DNA of 24,000 nucleotides, from NCBI RefSeq assembly GCF_036494765.1, contig NZ_AP027487.1; one strand, 5' to 3'. Position 1 is the first letter of the stretch. Each line of letters opens with the position of its first letter. Position numbers and translations under genes: made by a program. This DNA is from Escherichia coli (GTDB lineage Bacteria; Pseudomonadota; Gammaproteobacteria; Enterobacterales; Enterobacteriaceae). Positions 1 to 9,870 of the stretch are shown piece after piece. Below the pieces are notes generated by a model that was not told the DNA's origin, did not search any database, and saw only the letters and a program-made list of their open reading frames with translations.

Positions 1-528
1 ATTAGCGAGGAGCAACTCCAAAACCTGCAGCACATTAGCCAGGAAATGGGCATTTCTCCCTCACTCTTTTCTACCCAACCGCTGTGGCAAATCGCGATGG
101 TTCTTCAGGCGACGCAGGCACAAAAACTGGGGCTGCGGGCAGAATACGGTATCGATTACCAGCTATTGCAGGCGGCGAAGCAACAACATAAACCCGTGAT
201 TGAACTGGAAGGGGCTGAAAACCAGATTGCCATGTTGCTCCAGCTCCCTGACAAAGGACTGGCGCTGCTGGACGATACGCTGACCCACTGGCATACCAAC
301 GCACGGTTGCTGCAACAAATGATGAGCTGGTGGCTGAATGCACCGCCGCAAAATAATGATATAACGCTGCCCAATACGTTCAGTCAGTCGCTGTACGATG
401 TGCTGATGCATCAGCGAAATCTCGCCTGGCGGGATAAATTACGCGCCATGCCGCCGGGGCGATATGTGGTCGCGGTCGGTGCACTACACCTGTATGGAGA
501 AGGGAATTTGCCGCAAATGTTGCGCTAA
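1..528 (+). CDS. ybaP: TraB/GumN-family protein YbaP, C-terminal part (5' end lies outside the window)
   Basis: Frame 1 is open from base 1 (ISEEQLQNLQHISQEMG...) to TAA at 526-528, so the 160-aa track ORF is the tail of a longer protein cut by the window edge. Sequence and position (next to ybaK, convergent with ChiX) match E. coli YbaP. Confidence 0.9.
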   Translation: MSEEQLQNLQHISQEMGISPSLFSTQPLWQIAMVLQATQAQKLGLRAEYGIDYQLLQAAKQQHKPVIELEGAENQIAMLLQLPDKGLALLDDTLTHWHTNARLLQQMMSWWLNAPPQNNDITLPNTFSQSLYDVLMHQRNLAWRDKLRAMPPGRYVVAVGALHLYGEGNLPQMLR

Positions 529-610
529 AAAAATGGCCAATATCGCTATTGGCCCGTCAAAGAGGAATTTCATTTTTTTATTATTATGCCGTCACTTTAA
601 GCGACGGTGT
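527..610 (-). ncRNA. chiX: ChiX (SroB/MicM/RybC) Hfq-dependent small RNA, 84 nt
   Basis: Minus-strand read 610->527 is ACACCGTCGCTTAAAGTGACGGCATAATAATAAAAAAATGAAATTCCTCTTTGACGGGCCAATAGCGATATTGGCCATTTTTTT. It has a 5' hairpin (CCGTC/GACGG), an AU-rich stretch, and a GGCCAATA-GCGA-TATTGGCC hairpin followed by U7 (intrinsic terminator). I recognise it as the ChiX sRNA of the ybaK/ybaP intergenic region. It has no coding potential. Its 3' end overlaps the ybaP stop codon by 2 nt. Confidence 0.9.
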
Positions 611-616
611 AACTCG

Positions 617-645
617 ATTGTCGCTCAATCTCACCATCCTGCCAA
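617..645 (-). promoter_or_regulatory. Probable sigma70 promoter of chiX
   Basis: On the minus strand, TTGGCA (640-645, 5/6 to TTGACA) is followed by a 17-nt spacer and GACAAT (617-622, 4/6 to TATAAT). This places +1 at 610, which is the ChiX 5' end. Confidence 0.6.
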
Positions 646-716
646 TACTCTTAGGCAAGATGACTCTTTTTTTTGGACCGCCATCAGGCGTATGCTTGCT
701 TCGTTTTTTTGTTTAA

Positions 717-1211
<495 letters not shown>

Positions 1212-1216
1212 GCATT

Positions 1217-1240
1217 GTGCCGGATGCAAACATCCGGCAC
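1217..1240. terminator. Shared hairpin between the convergent ybaK and ushA 3' ends (likely bidirectional intrinsic terminator)
   Basis: Perfect 10-bp stem GTGCCGGATG / CATCCGGCAC with a CAAA loop. It sits 6 nt after the ybaK stop and 8 nt after the ushA stop, with TTT following on the + strand. Confidence 0.6.
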
Positions 1241-1247
1241 TTTCGGA

Positions 1248-2900
1248 TTACTGCCAGCTCACCTCACCTTTCGGTTCATAAACACTCACATCCAGCGGCG
1301 AGCTTTTCTGGATATACGCTTTCAGCACTTCGGCATCAATAAAGCCGGTATTCACATAGCCCGGTTTGTTATCAAGGCGCGGATATCCATCACCGCCGGT
1401 GGCATTGAAGTTTAATGTCGCCATACGGTAAGTTTTCGCCGGATCGACCGGTTCGCCTTTGATTTTAAGGTCGTTCAGTTTGCCGTCTTTCGCTACAAAG
1501 CTAACGTTGGCAAATTGCGGGTAGGCACCTGAATCTGGCTTCATCTGCGCGACGGCGGTCAGGTAATCAATCACCTCTTTACCGGTCATGTCGGCATACA
1601 CCACCACATTGCCGAATGGCTGCACTTTCAGCACGTTTTTATAGCTGATATCGCCTGCTTCGATAGAATCACGAATTCCGCCTCCGCTCATCACCGCAAA
1701 GTCGGCACCAGTGCGATCCATTTGGGCTGCCAGAATCAACCGCCCCATATTGGTCTGTACAAAACGCACTTTGTCACGATCGCCTTCCAGACGACCATTG
1801 GTTTCGCCTATTTTCACTTCCAGCTGCGCTTTGCCTTTGTTCTGGAACGGTGATAACAGCGAGATCATTTGCTGGTTTTCAGCGATTTCAGGAGTGTAAA
1901 GCACGCGCTCGCTTTTCCCGTCTTCCCAGGTCACTTTCTTCTTCAGGTTCACCGGAATCAGCTGGTAGTTAACCATTTTCATTTCGCCATTACGAAACTC
2001 AAAATCAGCCCGTCCCACGTATTTGCCCCACTCATGCGCCTGCACAATCCAGATGCCGTTTTGTTGATCTGGTTTGCATGGCGTACCCGGCACGTAATCG
2101 ACCTGTTTTTTGTTTTCTGCCGCCATGCAGACCGGATCTTGCGAGTGACCACCGACGATCATCGCCAGCGATCCGGCAGGCAGCGCGCGTGCCATCTCCA
2201 CATCGCCCGGTGCGTTAGAGCCGTGCTCACCATTATCGTAATGCCCCATATGGGTCGCCGCGATAATAATGTCTGGCTTTTCTGTCTGTTGCAGCTCCTG
2301 AATCACCAGCTTCGCTTCATCGGCGGGCTTACGAAATTCGATATCAGTGAAGTATTCCGGGTTACCAATTTTTGCTGTGTCATCGGTTGTCAGCCCAATA
2401 ACGGCAATTTTCAGATCCTGACGCTTAAACAGCGCCCACGGTTTAAACAGGCGCTCGCCAGTACTTTTCTGGTAGATATTCGCGGAAAGCAACGGGAACT
2501 TGGCCCACTTTTCCTGCTGGCGTAATACGGTGAGCGGATTATCAAATTCATGATTACCGATCGCCATCGCGTCATAGCCCACCAGATTCATACCGCGAAA
2601 ATCAGGTTCGGCATCCTGTAAGTCAGACTCGGGCACGCCAGTGTTAATGTCGCCACCGGAAAGTAGCAGCACGCTACCGCCTTCAGCCGCAACCTCTTTG
2701 CGGATACCATCCACCAGCGTTTTTTGCGCCGCCAGACCATATTCGCCATATTCATTGCGCCAAAAATGCCCATGATGATCATTGGTATGCAGAACTGTAA
2801 TTTTGTAGGTTTTATCCTGCTCATACGCCAGAGCAGTTTCACTCGCCAGTGTAAATGTGGTTAACAGCGCTAACGCCACGCCCCGCTGCAATAATTTCAT
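1248..2900 (-). CDS. ushA: Periplasmic UDP-sugar hydrolase / 5'-nucleotidase UshA (550 aa)
   Basis: Complete 550-aa ORF with an N-terminal signal peptide (MKLLQRGVALALLTTFTLASETALA). Metallophosphoesterase motifs NDHHGH, GGDINTG and GNHEFD are present. GGGAGAG Shine-Dalgarno lies upstream. Confidence 0.97.
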   Translation of the reverse strand: MKLLQRGVALALLTTFTLASETALAYEQDKTYKITVLHTNDHHGHFWRNEYGEYGLAAQKTLVDGIRKEVAAEGGSVLLLSGGDINTGVPESDLQDAEPDFRGMNLVGYDAMAIGNHEFDNPLTVLRQQEKWAKFPLLSANIYQKSTGERLFKPWALFKRQDLKIAVIGLTTDDTAKIGNPEYFTDIEFRKPADEAKLVIQELQQTEKPDIIIAATHMGHYDNGEHGSNAPGDVEMARALPAGSLAMIVGGHSQDPVCMAAENKKQVDYVPGTPCKPDQQNGIWIVQAHEWGKYVGRADFEFRNGEMKMVNYQLIPVNLKKKVTWEDGKSERVLYTPEIAENQQMISLLSPFQNKGKAQLEVKIGETNGRLEGDRDKVRFVQTNMGRLILAAQMDRTGADFAVMSGGGIRDSIEAGDISYKNVLKVQPFGNVVVYADMTGKEVIDYLTAVAQMKPDSGAYPQFANVSFVAKDGKLNDLKIKGEPVDPAKTYRMATLNFNATGGDGYPRLDNKPGYVNTGFIDAEVLKAYIQKSSPLDVSVYEPKGEVSWQ

Positions 2901-3117
2901 ACTTCTCTCCCTGACCTGATTTCAACGTGTTGAAAAATAGTATGACGCGACATCATAGACAAGTCTGCGTCCGGTGAAGATAAATCTGCATCCAGATTAG
3001 AAATTCTGTATTCGGCGTTGAGACTTCCTTCAGACGACGCATACAGGTATGTTAGTCTGGTAATAATCACAAATAAGATCATTCTTTACATCGCAACCCT
3101 GAAAAAGTGACTTTCCT

Positions 3118-4338
3118 ATGGCAATGAGTGAACAACCCCAGCCTGTGGCGGGCGCGGCTGCGTCAACGACCAAGGCCCGAACATCGTTTGGTATTTTAGG
3201 TGCTATCAGCCTCTCACATCTGCTGAACGACATGATCCAATCGCTGATTCTGGCGATTTATCCGCTGCTTCAGTCAGAATTTTCTCTGACATTTATGCAG
3301 ATTGGCATGATAACCCTCACCTTCCAGCTCGCCTCTTCGCTACTGCAACCAGTGGTCGGCTACTGGACCGATAAATATCCGATGCCATGGTCGTTGCCAA
3401 TTGGCATGTGCTTTACCTTAAGCGGTCTGGTGCTGCTTGCGCTGGCGGGCAGTTTTGGCGCAGTTCTGCTGGCGGCGGCGCTGGTCGGTACCGGTTCATC
3501 GGTCTTTCATCCGGAATCTTCTCGCGTGGCCCGTATGGCTTCCGGCGGGCGGCATGGCCTGGCGCAATCTATCTTTCAGGTCGGCGGCAACTTTGGCAGT
3601 TCCCTGGGACCCTTGCTGGCGGCGGTGATTATCGCGCCTTATGGCAAAGGCAACGTTGCCTGGTTTGTGCTTGCGGCACTGCTGGCGATCGTGGTGTTGG
3701 CGCAAATCAGCCGTTGGTACTCGGCACAGCACCGAATGAATAAAGGAAAACCCAAAGCGACGATTATCAATCCACTGCCGCGCAATAAAGTTGTACTGGC
3801 GGTCAGCATTCTGTTAATCCTCATTTTCTCGAAATATTTCTATATGGCGAGCATCAGCAGCTATTACACCTTTTATCTGATGCAAAAATTCGGATTATCT
3901 ATCCAGAATGCTCAGCTTCATCTGTTTGCCTTCCTGTTTGCCGTTGCGGCAGGTACGGTGATCGGCGGGCCTGTAGGGGATAAAATTGGGCGGAAATATG
4001 TGATTTGGGGCTCTATCCTCGGCGTTGCGCCGTTTACGCTGATTTTACCCTACGCCAGCCTGCACTGGACGGGGGTTTTAACGGTGATTATTGGATTTAT
4101 CCTCGCTTCGGCATTCTCTGCCATTCTGGTCTACGCTCAGGAGCTGCTTCCAGGACGTATCGGTATGGTTTCTGGACTCTTTTTCGGTTTTGCTTTTGGC
4201 ATGGGAGGTCTGGGAGCGGCAGTTCTGGGGCTTATCGCCGATCACACCAGCATCGAGTTAGTCTATAAAATCTGTGCTTTCCTGCCACTATTGGGGATGT
4301 TGACCATATTCCTGCCTGATAACCGGCATAAAGACTGA
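3118..4338 (+). CDS. fsr: MFS transporter Fsr (fosmidomycin resistance protein, 406 aa)
   Basis: Complete 406-aa highly hydrophobic ORF with a multi-span MFS-like organisation. The sequence is recognised as E. coli Fsr. Confidence 0.94.
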   Translation: MAMSEQPQPVAGAAASTTKARTSFGILGAISLSHLLNDMIQSLILAIYPLLQSEFSLTFMQIGMITLTFQLASSLLQPVVGYWTDKYPMPWSLPIGMCFTLSGLVLLALAGSFGAVLLAAALVGTGSSVFHPESSRVARMASGGRHGLAQSIFQVGGNFGSSLGPLLAAVIIAPYGKGNVAWFVLAALLAIVVLAQISRWYSAQHRMNKGKPKATIINPLPRNKVVLAVSILLILIFSKYFYMASISSYYTFYLMQKFGLSIQNAQLHLFAFLFAVAAGTVIGGPVGDKIGRKYVIWGSILGVAPFTLILPYASLHWTGVLTVIIGFILASAFSAILVYAQELLPGRIGMVSGLFFGFAFGMGGLGAAVLGLIADHTSIELVYKICAFLPLLGMLTIFLPDNRHKD

Positions 4339-4344
4339 TTTCAT

Positions 4345-4378
4345 TGCAGCCAAAGGCAAACTTTGGCTGCATCGTTTT
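4345..4378 (+). terminator. Rho-independent terminator of fsr
   Basis: An 11-bp stem TGCAGCCAAAG / CTTTGGCTGCA with a GCAAA loop, followed by TCGTTTT. It starts 7 nt after the fsr stop. Confidence 0.7.
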
Positions 4379-4575
4379 ACAGTCGCCATAAGCCTTTCCT
4401 CTGTTAAACCGCCTTCTGTTTTCCGAACCGTGCTTTTTTTGCAGCTAATTCCATTTTTCTGCAAAATTCAATAATTATTCATGAACATCATCAATGAAAT
4501 TGTCATAAACTATTACCTGTAATTTTGGTTTTCCCGGCCAAAAATGGACAATAACCACCAGGAAAAGGAGACGGA

Positions 4576-6252
4576 ATGCATCACGCCACCCCGCTTATCA
4601 CCACCATTGTTGGCGGCCTTGTGCTCGCCTTTATCCTCGGCATGCTGGCCAATAAACTACGTATTTCTCCTCTGGTGGGATATCTGTTAGCGGGTGTGCT
4701 GGCAGGACCATTCACTCCGGGCTTTGTTGCCGATACCAAGCTTGCCCCGGAACTGGCTGAACTGGGCGTCATTCTGTTGATGTTTGGCGTCGGTTTGCAC
4801 TTTTCGCTGAAGGATTTGATGGCGGTAAAGGCCATCGCCATTCCCGGTGCGATCGCCCAGATAGCCGTGGCGACGCTGCTGGGTATGGCGCTCTCTGCCG
4901 TGCTGGGCTGGTCGTTAATGACCGGTATCGTGTTCGGTTTATGTCTTTCCACCGCCAGTACCGTGGTGTTACTGCGCGCACTTGAAGAACGGCAATTAAT
5001 TGACAGTCAGCGTGGGCAAATCGCCATCGGTTGGTTGATTGTGGAAGACCTGGTAATGGTTCTGACGCTGGTGTTGCTGCCCGCAGTGGCAGGAATGATG
5101 GAACAGGGCGATGTGGGCTTTGCCACTCTTGCAGTCGATATGGGGATCACCATCGGCAAAGTGATCGCATTTATCGCCATTATGATGCTGGTAGGTCGCC
5201 GTCTGGTGCCGTGGATTATGGCACGCAGCGCGGCAACCGGTTCTCGCGAGCTGTTTACCCTGTCGGTGCTGGCGCTGGCGTTAGGGGTTGCCTTTGGTGC
5301 GGTAGAGCTGTTTGATGTCTCCTTTGCACTCGGTGCGTTCTTTGCCGGGATGGTACTGAACGAGTCTGAACTGAGTCACCGTGCCGCCCACGATACGCTG
5401 CCATTGCGCGACGCGTTTGCGGTGCTGTTTTTTGTCTCCGTCGGGATGTTGTTTGATCCGTTAATTCTGATTCAGCAACCGCTGGCAGTGCTGGCGACGC
5501 TGGCGATTATTCTGTTTGGTAAGTCGTTAGCCGCATTTTTCCTGGTGCGACTGTTTGGTCACTCCCAACGTACGGCATTAACCATCGCCGCCAGCCTGGC
5601 GCAGATTGGTGAGTTCGCGTTTATCCTGGCGGGACTGGGAATGGCATTGAATTTACTGCCGCAGGCCGGACAAAACCTGGTACTGGCAGGGGCGATCCTG
5701 TCGATTATGCTCAACCCGGTACTGTTCGCACTACTGGAGAAATATCTGGCGAAGACCGAAACGCTGGAAGAGCAGACGCTGGAAGAGGCAATCGAAGAAG
5801 AGAAGCAGATCCCAGTGGATATTTGCAACCATGCGCTACTGGTGGGTTACGGTCGTGTAGGCAGCCTGCTGGGGGAGAAATTGCTCGCCTCTGATATTCC
5901 GCTGGTGGTGATTGAGACGTCACGAACCCGTGTTGATGAGCTGCGAGAGCGCGGGGTCCGCGCAGTATTGGGCAATGCGGCGAACGAAGAAATTATGCAA
6001 CTGGCGCATCTGGAATGTGCAAAATGGCTGATCCTGACGATTCCCAACGGTTATGAAGCGGGTGAGATTGTGGCATCTGCCCGCGCGAAAAATCCGGATA
6101 TTGAGATTATTGCCCGCGCCCATTATGACGATGAAGTGGCGTATATCACCGAACGTGGTGCGAATCAGGTAGTGATGGGCGAGCGTGAAATCGCCCGTAC
6201 CATGCTGGAACTGCTGGAAACGCCACCGGCGGGTGAGGTGGTGACGGGGTAA
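4576..6252 (+). CDS. ybaL: CPA2-family (Kef-type) cation:proton antiporter with a C-terminal RCK/KTN nucleotide-binding domain, YbaL (558 aa)
   Basis: Complete 558-aa ORF with a strong AAGGAG Shine-Dalgarno. About 390 aa of N-terminal multi-span membrane domain is followed by a soluble domain carrying the Rossmann GxGxxG motif (LLVGYGRVGSLLG). The sequence matches E. coli YbaL. Confidence 0.95.
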   Translation: MHHATPLITTIVGGLVLAFILGMLANKLRISPLVGYLLAGVLAGPFTPGFVADTKLAPELAELGVILLMFGVGLHFSLKDLMAVKAIAIPGAIAQIAVATLLGMALSAVLGWSLMTGIVFGLCLSTASTVVLLRALEERQLIDSQRGQIAIGWLIVEDLVMVLTLVLLPAVAGMMEQGDVGFATLAVDMGITIGKVIAFIAIMMLVGRRLVPWIMARSAATGSRELFTLSVLALALGVAFGAVELFDVSFALGAFFAGMVLNESELSHRAAHDTLPLRDAFAVLFFVSVGMLFDPLILIQQPLAVLATLAIILFGKSLAAFFLVRLFGHSQRTALTIAASLAQIGEFAFILAGLGMALNLLPQAGQNLVLAGAILSIMLNPVLFALLEKYLAKTETLEEQTLEEAIEEEKQIPVDICNHALLVGYGRVGSLLGEKLLASDIPLVVIETSRTRVDELRERGVRAVLGNAANEEIMQLAHLECAKWLILTIPNGYEAGEIVASARAKNPDIEIIARAHYDDEVAYITERGANQVVMGEREIARTMLELLETPPAGEVVTG

Positions 6253-6286
6253 ACGGTGGTTGCCGGATGTAAAATATGAAAAATAT

Positions 6287-6370
6287 GTAGGCATGATAAG
6301 ACGCGCCAGCGTCGCATCAGGCATCGAGAGCCAAATGCCAGATGCGGCGTGAACGCCTTATCTGGCCTAC
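6287..6370. repeat. BIME: two inverted REP (palindromic unit) copies between the convergent ybaL and gsk
   Basis: GTAGGCATGATAAGACGCGCCAGCGTCGCATCAGGCAT (6287-6324, inverted orientation) and TGCCAGATGCGGCGTGAACGCCTTATCTGGCCTAC (6336-6370) both fit the E. coli REP consensus (GCCKGATGCGRCGY...CGYCTTATCMGGCCTAC). A partial TGCCGGATG lies at 6261-6269. Confidence 0.85.
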
Positions 6371-6384
6371 GAACCGACGATAAC

Positions 6385-7689
6385 TTAACGATCCCAGTAA
6401 GACTCTTCCAGGCTGTCTTCACGCTCCGGCAAGCCGCGCGTTAAACGAGGTGAATGCTGGTTCAGTACCTGATAGCTCACACGGTTAGCATATTTACACA
6501 CCTGCGCTAACGATGAATAAGTTAACCAGGTGAATTTATGTTTGCTGGAGTTTGGTACGTTGCTACGATGGTAGCTGTTGGCGGTAATGTCATGCAGCAA
6601 CGCTGCCAATGCGCCATCCCCCGCTCCATTAGTGTTCATGATTTTTTCCGGCCCGCCCATGTACGGCGCAATGTGCGAATATACACGCAGCGGATTCTGG
6701 CAATCCTTGTGGCGCATGGCGCGGCTAAACTCATACTGGTTGAATTCCGCTATAGCGCCCGGCAGCAGCGGATGCTGGGTTTTACGTTTCGCTTCGTCTT
6801 CGGTAAAGCCCGCCATATACAAGCCGATTGGCCCGGCGGTGCACAGCACCAGATCTACCCAGTCCAGCGCCTTGTCAGATGCCAACAACGGATCGCTTTC
6901 TCCGGTCAACGCTTCGGCTTCATCTTCGTTCATCGCAAGGATAGAGACGTGATCTTTGAGGAATTGCTGCCACCACTGCGGATTCTCGGCAATGACAAAC
7001 TTGGTGCCCAGCGTCAGCACCACCGGTACGTTATATTTCTTCGCGTACTCAATGGCTTTCATGGTTGCTTCCGGCATGGGTTCACCCGGCTTGCAACGCA
7101 CCAGATATGAGGTGAGAACCAGTGCCGAGGCTCCGGCAATCACATCTTCCGGAATGCTTTCAGCCCGCAGCTGGTTCATGTGGCCTGGACTGATAGCAAA
7201 GGTACGTTCCCCGGACTCGCCAATCAGCGTAAAGCAACGACCAATCGGGCCATCCACGCCTTGTAGATAGTTAAGATCGGTACGGCTGGAAGTGTTACAC
7301 AGGTAACGATAGGCATAACTGCCAATTTCAATATTGCTGCACATGACGCCCAGCAGCACCGAACGGTCGTCCGCGAGCACCGAGTAGTTGTGCATGGTGT
7401 TACCAATGGTGCCACCCGCAAACTGATGGGTAATCAGGTTTTTCTGTTTTAGTTCCTGATAAAGCGCTTCGGCTACATCATCCTCAATCACCAGTGAATG
7501 CCCGGCGCTTAATCCATAACGCTCAATAAATTCATCATCCACTTTCGCTTCAATATCGACCAGCGTTTGATCGATACCCACTACCCAGGCAGCGCTGGTT
7601 TCGTTTTCTGGCTGGAATTGCTGAAGCAGCGGATCGCGTGCGTTTACGGGGAAGTAATGTTTGGATTTACGTTTACCGGGAAATTTCAT
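6385..7689 (-). CDS. gsk: Inosine-guanosine kinase Gsk (434 aa)
   Basis: Complete 434-aa ORF of the PfkB/ribokinase family, with the signature NTNGAGDGALAALL near the C-terminus. The sequence is recognised as E. coli Gsk. Confidence 0.96.
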   Translation of the reverse strand: MKFPGKRKSKHYFPVNARDPLLQQFQPENETSAAWVVGIDQTLVDIEAKVDDEFIERYGLSAGHSLVIEDDVAEALYQELKQKNLITHQFAGGTIGNTMHNYSVLADDRSVLLGVMCSNIEIGSYAYRYLCNTSSRTDLNYLQGVDGPIGRCFTLIGESGERTFAISPGHMNQLRAESIPEDVIAGASALVLTSYLVRCKPGEPMPEATMKAIEYAKKYNVPVVLTLGTKFVIAENPQWWQQFLKDHVSILAMNEDEAEALTGESDPLLASDKALDWVDLVLCTAGPIGLYMAGFTEDEAKRKTQHPLLPGAIAEFNQYEFSRAMRHKDCQNPLRVYSHIAPYMGGPEKIMNTNGAGDGALAALLHDITANSYHRSNVPNSSKHKFTWLTYSSLAQVCKYANRVSYQVLNQHSPRLTRGLPEREDSLEESYWDR

Positions 7690-7840
7690 GGTTGTTTTTA
7701 CGGGTGGTTAACTGAGCGGCGAATGTTAACACAATCTGACGGGAGCGCGCGAGACGCAGCCAGTTTCAATATCAGCAGGCGGGATCGCATTTTCATGGCA
7801 GTGGTTCCTTACAATGACGTAATTTGAAAGGAGTTTTTGT

Positions 7841-8800
7841 ATGAAGCCGGAAAACAAACTACCTGTTCTGGACCTTATTTCTGCTGAAATGAAGACCGTT
7901 GTGAATACTCTTCAGCCGGATTTACCGCCCTGGCCCGCAACGGGAACGATTGCTGAGCAACGACAGTATTACACGCTTGAGCGCCGATTCTGGAATGCGG
8001 GCGCTCCAGAAATGGCAACCAGAGCTTACATGGTTCCAACAAAATATGGGCAGGTGGAAACACGTCTCTTTTGTCCGCAGCCAGATAGCCCAGCGACGCT
8101 ATTTTATTTGCATGGAGGCGGTTTTATTCTCGGCAATCTCGATACCCACGATCGCATCATGCGCCTGCTGGCAAGCTACAGCCAATGTACGGTGATTGGT
8201 ATTGATTACACCCTTTCACCTGAAGCGCGTTTTCCGCAAGCGATAGAGGAAATTGTGGCTGCTTGTTGTTATTTCCACCAGCAGGCGGAGGATTATCAAA
8301 TCAATATGTCCCGCATTGGCTTTGCCGGTGATTCCGCAGGTGCCATGCTGGCGCTCGCCAGTGCGTTGTGGTTGCGTGATAAACAGATCGATTGCGGTAA
8401 AGTTGCGGGCGTTTTGCTGTGGTATGGGCTTTACGGATTACGGGATTCCGTGACTCGTCGTCTGTTGGGCGGTGTCTGGGATGGCTTAACGCAACAGGAT
8501 TTGCAGATGTACGAAGAGGCATATTTAAGCAACGACGCGGACCGCGAGTCGCCGTATTACTGTCTGTTTAATAATGATCTCACTCGCGAAGTTCCGCCCT
8601 GTTTTATTGCCGGGGCGGAGTTCGATCCGCTGCTGGATGACAGCCGTCTGCTTTACCAGACGTTAGCGGCGCATCAGCAGCCCTGTGAGTTCAAACTCTA
8701 CCCAGGCACGCTGCACGCCTTTTTGCATTATTCACGGATGATGAAAACCGCCGACGAGGCTCTTCGCGACGGCGCTCAGTTCTTTACCGCTCAGCTTTAG
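7841..8800 (+). CDS. aes: Acetyl esterase Aes (hormone-sensitive-lipase family, 319 aa)
   Basis: Complete 319-aa ORF with an AAAGGAG Shine-Dalgarno. The HGGGF oxyanion-hole motif (LHGGGFILG) and the GDSAG nucleophile elbow are both present. Confidence 0.96.
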
Positions 8801-9759
8801 CGATACGCGGCAACAAGATTAGCCATCATTTCGATATGTTCCGGCGTGGCATTAAGCGCCGGAATATATTCATATTTTTTCCCGCCGGCACCGAGGAAGA
8901 CCTCACGGTTTTGCTCGGCAATCTCTTCCAGCGTCTCCAGACAATCCGCAGCAAAGCCCGGGCACATCACCTGAATATGACCTACGCCTTTTTCTCCGAG
9001 CATTTTCAGCGTTTCGTCGGTATAAGGCATCAGCCAGGGTTCCCGACCAAAGCGCGACTGAAAGGTCATCATCACTTTTTCCGGTGCCATCCCCAATGCG
9101 GAAGCCAGTTCACGAGTCGTTGTGCGGCAACGTTGCGGGTAATCATCGCCTTCATCTGCATAACGCTGGGGAATGCCATGATAAGAGAGCAGTAGCAGAT
9201 CCGGTTCGCCATGTTTGGCAAAAGAAGCGCGTACGCTGTTCGCCAGTGCATTAATGTAATCGTGGTTATCGGCGTAATCACGTATAAACGATATCCCCGG
9301 AATGCTACGTTTGCGCGCCAGAATGCGTGCCAGTTCATCCCATACCGCACCGACCGTAGAACAGGAGAATTGCGGATAAAGCGGCAGCACCACAATATGA
9401 TCTACATGCTCTGCCAGGAGTTCATCTACGGCGCTTTCCAGTGATGGCGAGCCGTAGCTCATTCCCAGCGCTACGGGCATCTCCGGTAAACGTTGTGCCA
9501 GCGCCTGCTGTTGCTGGCGGCTGTAAACCATCAGCGGCGAGCCACCTTCCATCCAGACAGAGGCATACAGCTTCGCCACACGCGGCGAGCGCAGCGGCAA
9601 AATCACGCCGCGCAGCAATGGCCACCATAACAACCGTGAGGTATCAACCACGCGTCTGTCGCTTAAAAATTGTTTCAGATAGCGTTTTACCGCTTCAGGT
9701 GTGGGGGCATCGGGCGTACCCAGGTTTGCCAGCAGGATACCGGTTTTAGTCTGACGCAT
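8797..9759 (-). CDS. hemH: Ferrochelatase HemH (320 aa)
   Basis: Complete 320-aa ORF ([20 protein letters not shown]...) recognised as E. coli ferrochelatase. Its stop codon overlaps the aes stop codon on the opposite strand. Confidence 0.96.
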
Positions 9760-9870
9760 TACCGCCTCTTATCGATTCAACTTGTTGATAATTGTAGCGG
9801 AAAAGTGAGGAAGAAGAACTAATTGCTGTGAGAGGTCAAATCAGAAAAAGGAATAGCGCAGATTGAGGTT

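Noticed and set aside
7700-7745. Two GTTAAC hexamers 12 bp apart in the gsk/aes divergent region (GGTTAACTGAGCGGCGAATGTTAACAC), considered as a possible operator.
   Set aside because: These are only 6-bp self-palindromic hexamers with no extended symmetry between the flanks. This is easily a chance occurrence and there is not enough support to call a site.
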